A stretch of DNA of 64,000 nucleotides from Patescibacteria group bacterium (GTDB taxonomy: Bacteria; Patescibacteriota; UBA1384; XYA2-FULL-43-10): the NCBI GenBank assembly GCA_041674405.1, contig JBAYVT010000003.1, positions 74,074-138,073 on the forward strand, written 5' to 3'. Every line of letters starts with the position of its first letter. Positions within the stretch are counted from its first letter, which is position 1. The notes below the pieces were generated by a model. That model saw nothing but the letters and a program-made list of their open reading frames with translations. It was not told the origin of the DNA and did no database searches. Below, one piece after another: positions 28,271 to 36,897 of the stretch. A program made the translations under genes and the position numbers.

Positions 28271-28828
28271 ATGAGCAAAACACAGGAGAATTTACTTAAA
28301 GCGTTTGCCGGCGAATCGATGGCGAGAAACAAGTACACATTCTTTGCCAAGAAAGCGACAGCTGAGGGATTAATTTGGATTGCTAAAGTGTTTGAGGAAA
28401 CGGCCGACAATGAGCGGGCGCATGCCGAGGAAGAATACGAAAAAATGGAGCCAGCTGTCGAGATGACAAATACTTACGACATTAATTCTTTGGGCACGAC
28501 ACTCGAGAATTTACGCCATGCCGCCGCCGGCGAGAATTTTGAATGGACGAAAATGTATCCAGAATTTGAGAAAACCGCGGAAGAAGAAGGAAACGCTGAA
28601 GCTGCCAAACTTTTCAAGGAGATCAAAGAGGTCGAAGAGAAACACGACGAGCGCTATACAATTCTTGCGGACAAACTTGAAAAGGGTGAACTATACAAAT
28701 CCGAGAATGAGATTGAATGGAAATGCCTAAATTGCGGATACATTCATAAAGGAACTTCCGCACCCGACAAGTGTCCTCTCTGCACCAAGCCACAAGGCTG
28801 GTATATGGGATTGGGAATCGTCAGATAA
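28271..28828 (+). CDS. rbr: rubrerythrin (ferritin-like diiron domain + C-terminal rubredoxin-like CxxC...CxxC)
   Basis: LLKAFAGESMARNKY, ExxH motifs. CLNCGYIH...CPLCTKP. Confidence 0.85.
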   Translation: MSKTQENLLKAFAGESMARNKYTFFAKKATAEGLIWIAKVFEETADNERAHAEEEYEKMEPAVEMTNTYDINSLGTTLENLRHAAAGENFEWTKMYPEFEKTAEEEGNAEAAKLFKEIKEVEEKHDERYTILADKLEKGELYKSENEIEWKCLNCGYIHKGTSAPDKCPLCTKPQGWYMGLGIVR

Positions 28829-28865
28829 CTAGTCCTTAGTTTGTAGTCCTTAGTTTGTAGTAATG

Positions 28866-28894
28866 AAAAAATGACCATGTGATGGTCATTTTTT
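28866..28894. terminator. bidirectional rho-independent terminator (aaaaaatgaccat gtg atggtcatttttt)
   Basis: Perfect 13-bp palindrome between convergent rbr and rpoD. Confidence 0.55.
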
Positions 28895-28944
28895 CATATT
28901 TGTATTTGCTGAGGACTACGGACTACTCACTAGAGACTAGCGAA

Positions 28945-30063
28945 CTATTTCAGGTAGTCTCTTAACTCTTCTGATTTTTCGTGTTTCTTGAGTTTTTGCA
29001 GGGCTTTAGCTTCGATCTGGCGAATTCGTTCGCGGGTGACGCCGAATTCCTGGCCGACTTCCTCAAGTGTATGCGTGCGTCCGTTCTCAAGCCCAAATCT
29101 CATACGCAAAATTTTCTGCTCGCGCGGTGAAAGCTCGCCAAGAAACTCGTTAACGTGGCCCTTAAGAAGTTGATAAATCGCCGATTCCTCCGGCGACAAG
29201 TTCTTGTCGTCTTCGATAAAATCGGAAAGTTTAGAATCCTCCTCTTCGCCCACGGGTGCTTCAAGAGAAACTGTTTCTTGTGAAATTTTGATAATATGTT
29301 CGACTTTATCAAGATCAAGCCCCATTTCTTGGGCAATTTCCTCCGGAGTCGGTTCGCGGCCAAGATCCTGAACCAGTTGGCGTTGGACACGGATCAACTT
29401 GTTAATCGTCTCAATCATGTGAACCGGAATCCGAATTGTTCTCGCCTGGTCGGCAATAGCTCGAGTTATCGCTTGGCGAATCCACCAAGTGGCATATGTC
29501 GAGAATTTATAGCCTTTTTTATAATCGAATTTCTCAACTGCGCGCATCAATCCCGTATTTCCCTCTTGGATCAAGTCGAGAAGCGATAGCCCGCGGCCAA
29601 GATATTTTTTGGCAATGGAAACAACCAACCGCAGATTAGCTTCGGCCAACTTTTTCTTCGCAACCTTGTCCCCTGATTCAACTCTCTTTGCTAGGCGGAC
29701 TTCGTCTTCAGTGGACAGAAGAGGAATGCGGCCGATTTCACGTAAATACATGCGGACAGAATCGTCATCGGCAATTCCTGATATATCAAGGTCTTTGTCA
29801 TATTTACTTTTGGCTTTGTCATCGCCGATTGCAGTTGCAATTATTCCGCCAGGTGCACTTTCTTTGAATTCGATGCCCTTTAGGAACATATAATCAAATA
29901 TCTCATCGAGTTCAGCAACATTTTTTTCCGGCTCCGGCATCGCCTGGATCATTTCTCTTGCCGTAACAAAACCATGGGATTTACCTTTTCCAAGAAGCTT
30001 ATTTACCTCTTCTGAAAATGGCAGTGGTTCTTCTTTTTTGAGTTGAAATACTTTTTTTGCCAT
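28945..30063 (-). CDS. rpoD: RNA polymerase sigma factor RpoD (sigma-70)
   Basis: Regions 2.4/3 [27 protein letters not shown]. Region 4.2 [23 protein letters not shown]. Confidence 0.95.
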   Translation of the reverse strand: MAKKVFQLKKEEPLPFSEEVNKLLGKGKSHGFVTAREMIQAMPEPEKNVAELDEIFDYMFLKGIEFKESAPGGIIATAIGDDKAKSKYDKDLDISGIADDDSVRMYLREIGRIPLLSTEDEVRLAKRVESGDKVAKKKLAEANLRLVVSIAKKYLGRGLSLLDLIQEGNTGLMRAVEKFDYKKGYKFSTYATWWIRQAITRAIADQARTIRIPVHMIETINKLIRVQRQLVQDLGREPTPEEIAQEMGLDLDKVEHIIKISQETVSLEAPVGEEEDSKLSDFIEDDKNLSPEESAIYQLLKGHVNEFLGELSPREQKILRMRFGLENGRTHTLEEVGQEFGVTRERIRQIEAKALQKLKKHEKSEELRDYLK

Positions 30064-30077
30064 AATATATAACCCCC

Positions 30078-30190
30078 AAAAACTAAATTCTAAGCCCTAA
30101 ATCCTAAACGATCCTCAAACAATCTCAAATCCGCATATTTACACTTTTGAAATTTTGGATTTTGGATTTATTTTGAGTTTAGGATTTTTT
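30078..30190. repeat. AT-rich imperfect palindromic element (CTAAATCCTAAAC ... GTTTAGGATTT) upstream of rpoD
   Basis: Arms at ~30083-30132 and 30157-30189. Shares the CTAAATCCTAAAC core with the element upstream of ppsA. Confidence 0.35.
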
Positions 30191-30222
30191 CGTATAACAA
30201 TCGTGATTATATCATTTCACGC

Positions 30223-31971
30223 CTACTTAATCAACTCTTGGAACTCAGAGAGAAGTTTTTTAATCTTCTCGTGATCGCCGGACTCTTCGGCCGCTTTTAT
30301 TCGAGCAGCAAAATCGAGCTTGATATGTTCATTCGAATCACGCTTAATTCGCTCAACCAAAAATTCGATTTCTGACTTTAATACATTCTCATCACCTATT
30401 TCAATATCTGCTACTGATAATGCCGCGATCCCGTCCAAGGCGAGCTTTTCTTTGGGCAAATATTTGTCTGCCTCCATTTTTTGATCAGCAATTTCATTCA
30501 GGAATTTAATCACCGGCTGATTTTCCGACTCCAGACTTGAAAGGCGCAGTTTTTTTGTGTCGACGAATTTGGTCACTTCCGGTTTGGCCCACAAAATCCC
30601 AGCCAAACGCTCAACCGCGGTTAGATTTGGGGCTTGGGCCTGCTCCACAGAGCCTTTTTTGGCCTCATCGGATTTGGTTTTTGAGAGCGCATCCAAGAGC
30701 GAGGATTCAGAAATGGCTAGCTTGCCCGAAAGATACTTCAAGTAGTGCTCCTTTTCAATATCGGAATATATAATTTTGATCACGGGCAATATTTCTTTGG
30801 CAATTTTTTTCTTGGCAGAAACTGAAAGATCGGGATCTTTGCGAACAAGAAGATCAATCCAATACTCAAGTGCCGGCTTAGACTCTTTTACTGCCCGCTC
30901 CCAATTTTTTGGGTCAGCCTTGATCGCTTCATCGGGGTCCTTGTAAACTTTAGGCAAAGAAATTATCCGTGCAGTAATGTCATTTCGCAGTGCAATTGTA
31001 ATCGCTTTCTTCATCGCCGCTTCACCCGCCACATCGGAATCGAAAGAAAAAGCGACTTCTGATGCGTAGCGAGACAATATTTTGAGCTGATCTTCGGTCA
31101 AGGCCGTTCCGGACGAAGCAACGACATTTTTAAAACCGGCCTGATGACAAGCGATCACATCCATATTGCCTTCAACAAGAATGGCAAGATCAGCCTCTTT
31201 AATCGCCATTTTTGCCTTATCAAGCCCGTAAAGCACCTTGCCCTTAGTATAAATCTCCGTCTCAGCGGAATTGACATACTTTGCCTGCTTCTCATCGTCT
31301 TCCAGAACGCGTGATGTAAAAGCAATCACCGAGCCCATGACATTGTCAATCGGAAACATGATTCGGCCGCGAAACCGATCATAATAATCGCCTTTCCCAC
31401 TCTGCGCCATTAACCCGGCTTTGGCGATCTCCGGCGGTTTGAACTTGAATTTAATGCCAAGAAATTTGCGTAAAAAATCCCAAGAGTTCGGCGCATAGCC
31501 AATGCGAAATTCACTTATCGTCTCATCGGTCATCCCACGTTTTTTCAAATATTTACGCGCTTTTTCAGCCTTCGGATGATCGGTAAGAATTTTATGATAA
31601 AGTTTTGCAGCAATCTCGTTAATTTCATAAAGGCGAGTTTTTTGATCGGCCCTGTGTTCAACATTGCCATATTTAACCGATTGCGATTTTAATTTTATAC
31701 CGGCGCGATCAGCAAGGATTTTTAGAGCATTGTAAAAATCTATGCCCTCAATTTTCTCAATGAAGGTAAAAATGTCGCCGCCTTCCCCACAGCCAAAGCA
31801 CTTGAAAGTTTGCCTCTCCGGTGAAACCATAAAGGAAGGAGTTTTTTCATTGTGAAAAGGGCAGGCTGCCTTATAATTGACGCCCGCCTTCTTAAGCGTA
31901 AGATAGCTTGATATCACCTCGGTAATATCAAGCCTCTCCTTTATTTGTTCGACTTCATCCATGTAGACCAA
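30223..31971 (-). CDS. dnaG: DNA primase DnaG
   Basis: Zinc finger CPFHNEKTPSFMV...CFGCGEGG. TOPRIM LVEGNMDVIACHQAGF. Conserved dnaG-rpoD arrangement. Confidence 0.95.
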   Translation of the reverse strand: MVYMDEVEQIKERLDITEVISSYLTLKKAGVNYKAACPFHNEKTPSFMVSPERQTFKCFGCGEGGDIFTFIEKIEGIDFYNALKILADRAGIKLKSQSVKYGNVEHRADQKTRLYEINEIAAKLYHKILTDHPKAEKARKYLKKRGMTDETISEFRIGYAPNSWDFLRKFLGIKFKFKPPEIAKAGLMAQSGKGDYYDRFRGRIMFPIDNVMGSVIAFTSRVLEDDEKQAKYVNSAETEIYTKGKVLYGLDKAKMAIKEADLAILVEGNMDVIACHQAGFKNVVASSGTALTEDQLKILSRYASEVAFSFDSDVAGEAAMKKAITIALRNDITARIISLPKVYKDPDEAIKADPKNWERAVKESKPALEYWIDLLVRKDPDLSVSAKKKIAKEILPVIKIIYSDIEKEHYLKYLSGKLAISESSLLDALSKTKSDEAKKGSVEQAQAPNLTAVERLAGILWAKPEVTKFVDTKKLRLSSLESENQPVIKFLNEIADQKMEADKYLPKEKLALDGIAALSVADIEIGDENVLKSEIEFLVERIKRDSNEHIKLDFAARIKAAEESGDHEKIKKLLSEFQELIK

Positions 31972-31996
31972 TTGTATAGAAAAAAATCACTTTGGT

Positions 31997-32512
31997 CTAA
32001 TTAGCATCAAATTGCATACAATATTTGGCATTTTGGTTTTGCAGCTTTTTGGGCTTCTCTTGCTTGATGTGATATGCCAACACAAGCTCGTCATATAAGC
32101 CTTCAATCAGTTCATATCTGCGCGCTTCTGCAAGATCCACCCATGCAAAATCAATTATTTCATCACCTAATTTTATTCCGCCCCCAGCATAATCAGCGGC
32201 AAAACTTATCACAATGGTCGGAATGTTATCTGGCCGTATAAAAACTAAATTTTTTATATACGAAATATTCCTAATTTGGATCCCAACTTCCTCGGCACAT
32301 TCTCGCATTACCAAATGGTCAAGAATGTGATGCCAATGCTGTGAGGTATTTTTGGGTCGATGAATATAATCGTTCAAATTTAATTTTCCACCGGGGAAAC
32401 CCCATAGTCCCGCCATGGCAGTTTCTTTTTTCGATCTCCTAACAATCAAAAACTTGTCGCCTCGCATTATCGCCGCCGTTGCCACCACATAATGGTTGTT
32501 CTCTTCTTTCAT
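31997..32512 (-). CDS. NUDIX hydrolase
   Basis: Nudix box GGKLNLND...RECAEEVGIQI (REx2EExGU). Confidence 0.8.
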   Translation of the reverse strand: MKEENNHYVVATAAIMRGDKFLIVRRSKKETAMAGLWGFPGGKLNLNDYIHRPKNTSQHWHHILDHLVMRECAEEVGIQIRNISYIKNLVFIRPDNIPTIVISFAADYAGGGIKLGDEIIDFAWVDLAEARRYELIEGLYDELVLAYHIKQEKPKKLQNQNAKYCMQFDAN

Positions 32513-32619
32513 AAACCTCCTTGGGATTATTATCCCAAGGATAAACCTGCCGGTTTTGCATGTAAAAAAATAAAAAATGCCAATTACTTATTGACACTAA
32601 ATGTCGTAGGAAAGAACAA

Positions 32620-33282
32620 CTATTCAAAATAATTGCATTCGCAAGGAGTTTTCTTGCAGACATGGCAGCCATCTTTAAACATGGCCAGAAATTCATCTTT
32701 AAAGTCAATTTTGAAATAATTAAATATTCTAAGCAGCATAACAAAATAATCCGCTGTTAATATTTCGATCTCTCGAAATCGGCTTTTTCTTTTTTCTCTC
32801 ACAAAGGCGCGAAAAGCTGACATGAGTTCCTCGAATTTAGAGCGCAATTTTAAATGGTAATTTTTTACTTTTGAAACTGGATATATTTTTAGAAGTATTT
32901 CCTGCCACTCGGAAATATCTTGGGGTTTTCGTGATGGCGGCCGACCGGTTTTCTGCGATTTTTGTGGTTCTAATTCATTGCAAATACAAGGAATTTCAAG
33001 GCAGAAAGGGCATTTATAAGAATATCTTTTCCAGAGATTTTCCGGCAAATCAATGTGAAACCGATTTACAAAAGCAAAAAGCCATGCGAAAGAGACCATC
33101 ATATTATTAAACGCTTCGGGAAGCCTATTTTTATTTTGTTCTTCCATATATGCGGTAAGAAAACGCTGATGGTTATAAAGCAGATCTTCGACAGAATAAA
33201 GGCGATCATCGGGTACCTGATAGATTGCTTCAATACGAAGAAGGATATCGTTCAAGGATAGATTTTCTTCATTTGTTCTCAT
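32620..33282 (-). CDS. MazG-like nucleotide pyrophosphohydrolase domain protein with Cys-rich C-terminal extension
   Basis: EEQNK...FAWLFAFVNRFHIDLPENLWKRY resembles the MazG all-alpha NTP-PPase helix pair. CPFCLEIPCIC and CHVCKKTPCEC clusters. Confidence 0.45.
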   Translation of the reverse strand: MRTNEENLSLNDILLRIEAIYQVPDDRLYSVEDLLYNHQRFLTAYMEEQNKNRLPEAFNNMMVSFAWLFAFVNRFHIDLPENLWKRYSYKCPFCLEIPCICNELEPQKSQKTGRPPSRKPQDISEWQEILLKIYPVSKVKNYHLKLRSKFEELMSAFRAFVREKRKSRFREIEILTADYFVMLLRIFNYFKIDFKDEFLAMFKDGCHVCKKTPCECNYFE

Positions 33283-33315
33283 GCATTCATAGTATCATAT
33301 TTGTCAAATTGGCCT

Positions 33316-33353
33316 TTAAAAAGAAACCGCCCGTGCCAGCATAGCTGACACGG
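33316..33353 (-). terminator. terminator-like hairpin after GC-rich gene (cgtg.cagc ata gctg.cacg, U-tract on minus strand)
   Basis: Inverted repeat preceded on the plus strand by an A-run. Confidence 0.4.
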
Positions 33354-33391
33354 ACCGGTCTCCCCTTTCTTTGGTTTGTTGCCACGCGACG

Positions 33392-34501
33392 CTACCCACC
33401 TTCCGGGCTGGTCAGGACCTCCTCAATGACCAGGATTGACCTCTCCAGATCAAGGCCATCCAAGATAGCCTCACATTCGTTCAGAATCAGCCTGGCGCCC
33501 TCCATCGCCGTTGTCTCTCCTGTCCTCTGAGTCTTAAGAGACTCGATCCGGGCACGAAGGGTTTCGATCTCTCCCTCGATTCCCTCGATCTCGTGATCAA
33601 GGCGGTCAACTTCGAGACGATGCCCCTCGATTTCTTCTCGCACCTTGTCGGACGCTTCCTTCAAGTCCTGGTACGGACCAGAGGCAAGAAATCTGTGCAT
33701 CCACTCGAGACACGCCCGGGATTCGCCATCATTCGGCCTGCGCCCAAGCATCTGCGAGATGGTGCCAAAGGCACAAGATGTGAGAGAGTAGTGCCCGTCC
33801 ACGCGACACAGATCCCGCTCCTTCACGCGAGCAACGGCATCACGCACACCCTCATTGGTCACTCGGCTCGGTGACCCAAGTATCTCGCCAAGGGCCCTCC
33901 GTGCGGCGCCCTTGACTTGGCCCTCGGTCAGCACAAGCCTACTCTTTGTAGTCATCCCGCGAATGATCTCGTAGAGCACGAGCCCATCCTGATCGCTGAA
34001 GCGCAAGAGTGCTTCCATTGCTGCGTCGTGTTCGGCTTCCTCGGAGTTGGGTGGTAGGACCTGTTCCTGTTCGGTGTGCTCAATCTCCTCAGTCTCATCA
34101 ACCTCGAGGGCCTTGCCAGTCACGACTGCGTCGAGGCGGTTGAGCAGTTCGATGATCTGTGCCGGGCTCGGGCCATTGCTATCGGTGCTATAGACCCGGT
34201 AGGTGAAAGTGCCATGCATGGCCCGCCGGGGCATCTTGCACCTGATGAGGGCGTAATCCCGATCACCGGGATTGTCTACGCGCACTCCCCAGACACGATC
34301 CTCTTTCGGGCCACTTGTGGTGTCCACATCTGGTATCGAGATGGCCTTAAAGGGTCCGTGAAGGCCGGCTTCATCGAACTTCCCAGCTAGCCATCTCGGA
34401 AAACCAGGTGGCGACCACGACCCTGACGGGTGTCTGGCACTCCCGACGACCTCTACGCTCGTTGTTCCTACCATTGCTTCGAACTGTCTACGTTTTGCCA
34501 A
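33392..34501 (-). CDS. hypothetical protein, GC-rich (about 60% GC), N-terminal globular domain, acidic linker, C-terminal coiled coil
   Basis: Long ORF with protein-like composition. LEVDRLDHEIEGIEGEIETLRARIESL coiled coil. No catalytic motif recognised. Confidence 0.5.
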   Translation of the reverse strand: MAKRRQFEAMVGTTSVEVVGSARHPSGSWSPPGFPRWLAGKFDEAGLHGPFKAISIPDVDTTSGPKEDRVWGVRVDNPGDRDYALIRCKMPRRAMHGTFTYRVYSTDSNGPSPAQIIELLNRLDAVVTGKALEVDETEEIEHTEQEQVLPPNSEEAEHDAAMEALLRFSDQDGLVLYEIIRGMTTKSRLVLTEGQVKGAARRALGEILGSPSRVTNEGVRDAVARVKERDLCRVDGHYSLTSCAFGTISQMLGRRPNDGESRACLEWMHRFLASGPYQDLKEASDKVREEIEGHRLEVDRLDHEIEGIEGEIETLRARIESLKTQRTGETTAMEGARLILNECEAILDGLDLERSILVIEEVLTSPEGG

Positions 34502-34662
34502 AGCGGTTCACCTCTCCCTGAAAGCGTTGGTACGGCAACACACTTATACCACAAAAAGCCAAAATTGACCAGCATAATAGCTGATCTTATTGCTAGCGAT
34601 TAATATGAAAATGCTAAAACCGAAAAAAGGTCAACAAAAATATTTTAATATTGAGGTTGTTC

Positions 34663-34941
34663 TTAAATCCGATTGATCTTTAAAACTGAATCTTGCAAAG
34701 AGGCTTCCACTTCTTGCCCGATTTCCAGATTTAAATTTTGGCGCAGGGTTTTCGTCATACCAATGAATTGATCAATTGAACCATCAATAATAATGGCAGA
34801 TAATCCATTAATAATTGATTTACCCTTACAAACGCCGAGATTCTTTTGATTCTTTGGGCTTAGAGCACACAGAGGAGTGCTTTTGACATCTTTAAATTTT
34901 TTTAACGTCTCTTTCTTAAAACCACGAACGATTAGTTTCAT
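34663..34941 (-). CDS. small protein, possible TOBE/Mop-like domain
   Basis: SPKNQKNLGVCKGKSIINGLSAIIIDGS...GQEVEASL loosely matches the TOBE pattern. Weak. Confidence 0.3.
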   Translation of the reverse strand: MKLIVRGFKKETLKKFKDVKSTPLCALSPKNQKNLGVCKGKSIINGLSAIIIDGSIDQFIGMTKTLRQNLNLEIGQEVEASLQDSVLKINRI

Positions 34942-35141
34942 AATTCTCCTTTGAATTTAAATATTTGTACAAAGAATAATAATATTTCACTACTTTACAT
35001 AATAACAGAAATATTGTTTTACTTAGCCAATGGTTCAATAATAGTCATTTGATCAATAATATTTCATTTACTATATTTCTCTGGTATAAGCATATTATGG
35101 TTGTCTCGACGTTATCCTAAAGGAAGGACTGGTGGATACGA

Positions 35142-36518
35142 TTGAAAAAGGTACCGACTAACCGTAATCCGAGGAGAGGCAAGCTGGAAGGAGAGGGAAA
35201 GACCAAGCGGCTGTACCATGCAGTCGGCAGAGGATTTGGGGAGGTGGTGATCGTAGAGCAGAAGAACACGATCACCAAGCACAACGACCCCTCCCAGACC
35301 GAGGAGTTCGAGTCTAAGGGCCGCTGTTCCACGACATTCGCCTCGCGGGTTTTCGAGCTGCTCACCGCGGCCGGAATCCCCAATGCCTTCATTCGCCAGA
35401 CGGGCGACAACGAGTTTCTCATGCACAGATGCAAGATGCTGGGACTCGAGGTCGTCATCCGCCGTCTCGCGATGGGCAGCTACTTTGACCGCAACCCCCA
35501 CATGAGGCCCAAGGCTGGTGATCCGGCTCCGCGCCTCCACCGGCTGGTCATCGAGATGATGCTGAAGACCACGGAAGGGATCGTTCCGCTCTTGAACGGA
35601 AGCACGCACGACACCGGCATCCGCGATCCCAAGCGGCAAGATCCGCTCATTGTGGATCCATCGGCCGAGATCTGGAAGCTCGCACACCCGCATCTCCCGC
35701 TCTGGGACACCGAGTCCTACATCGGCGAGATCGAGGCCAATCGCGTGATGGATCCTGTCCATCTCGAACAGATCGAACGGCTGGCGCGCCTCATCTTCCT
35801 TCTCCTGGAGTCAGCACTCACCAATGTGGGTAGCCGACTGGCGGACCTCAAACTCGAGTTCGGCTTCCTGCCAGACGGAACACTGGTGGTCGCCGACGTG
35901 ATCGACCCGGATTCGCTCCGGCAAGCCGTGTGGAACAACGATCTGGACGCGTGGATAGACTTGAGCAAGCAGAGCTTCCGGGACGGCATAGGCCTTGAGG
36001 AAGTCGAGCGCAAGTACCTGAACGCGGCCATGCTCGCGGAGAGGATCCGTGTTCCTCGCCAAGCGCTCATCACGTGGATAGGATCGCCCAAGGACACCCA
36101 CCCGCCGGTGGACAGTAAGCTACTGCTTCACACCGGCATCACCCATGAGAAGGTCATGATCTCGGGACACAAGCAGCCCGAGCACGTTCTTCCCGAACTC
36201 GAGCACCTCCTCGCCCAGTACCCCGATGGCGGCGTGATTATCGCCAAGGTGGGGATGTCCAACGGCTTGGGCCCGATCCTCGCCGCTCGCACCTCTCTGC
36301 CCGTGATCTCGGTCGTCGCCAACGCGGCCCCGGACGATCACGGGGTAGTACACCTGGAAGATGCGTGGAGTTCGCTTCGCATGCCCTCAGACGTGCCGAA
36401 CCTCACGGTGCTAAGCGAGAAGAACGCCATCACCGCGGCGCTGAACATCCTTGCCCGGAAGGATCCGGTGCTGTACATGTTCCGGCAGTACGAGATCGAG
36501 AAGCTTGCGGCGGTGTAA
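35142..36518 (+). CDS. bifunctional SAICAR synthetase (PurC) / class II AIR carboxylase (PurE) fusion, PAICS-like
   Basis: N-terminal domain: EGKTKRLY...GIPNAFIRQTGDNEFLMHRCKMLGLEVVIRRLAMGSYF (PurC). C-terminal domain: ITWIGSPKD...ISGHKQPE...VIIAKVGMSNGLGPILAARTSLPVISV (PurE, HK as in class II). TTG start in track, uncertain. About 62% GC. Confidence 0.75.
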   Translation: MKKVPTNRNPRRGKLEGEGKTKRLYHAVGRGFGEVVIVEQKNTITKHNDPSQTEEFESKGRCSTTFASRVFELLTAAGIPNAFIRQTGDNEFLMHRCKMLGLEVVIRRLAMGSYFDRNPHMRPKAGDPAPRLHRLVIEMMLKTTEGIVPLLNGSTHDTGIRDPKRQDPLIVDPSAEIWKLAHPHLPLWDTESYIGEIEANRVMDPVHLEQIERLARLIFLLLESALTNVGSRLADLKLEFGFLPDGTLVVADVIDPDSLRQAVWNNDLDAWIDLSKQSFRDGIGLEEVERKYLNAAMLAERIRVPRQALITWIGSPKDTHPPVDSKLLLHTGITHEKVMISGHKQPEHVLPELEHLLAQYPDGGVIIAKVGMSNGLGPILAARTSLPVISVVANAAPDDHGVVHLEDAWSSLRMPSDVPNLTVLSEKNAITAALNILARKDPVLYMFRQYEIEKLAAV

Positions 36519-36574
36519 CCGCCAGCGAGCCCGTACAAAGTTCTTCCATCCCGGAAGACAATAGCAGCAAACGC

Positions 36575-36603
36575 TTCAGGCGGCCCGACTCGGGCCGCCT
36601 GAA
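36575..36603 (+). terminator. strong GC hairpin after purCE (ttcaggcggcccg act cgggccgcctgaa)
   Basis: Perfect 13-bp stem. Weak U-tract. Confidence 0.45.
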
Positions 36604-36897
36604 ATGCTACAGAATCAAAATTCTCATTAATTATCCGATGATATACCGACATAAAATACATTAAGAGAAGGAGGCCCGCGCAGTACAGTCGGGCCTCGTT
36701 GCTCGGCGGATTACCGCCATCGGTCACCTTCTTCTCTCCTTGTGATTCTTTAGCGCCCAACGAATGAGAAACTATTAAAAATTAGACGAAATATTTCCAG
36801 CAGAATCAACAATACTAAGTTTATTGTTTGGCATATGCAAAAGTATTTCAGCATGACTGCAAAAATTGAAATAGAGAATATATTTGAAAACGATAAT

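Noticed and set aside
35112-36760. Multiple minus-strand ORFs (35112..35762, 35717..36097, 35811..36101, 36338..36760)
   Set aside because: These are shadow ORFs in high-GC DNA antisense to purCE. They are Arg/Ser/Pro-rich with no motifs.
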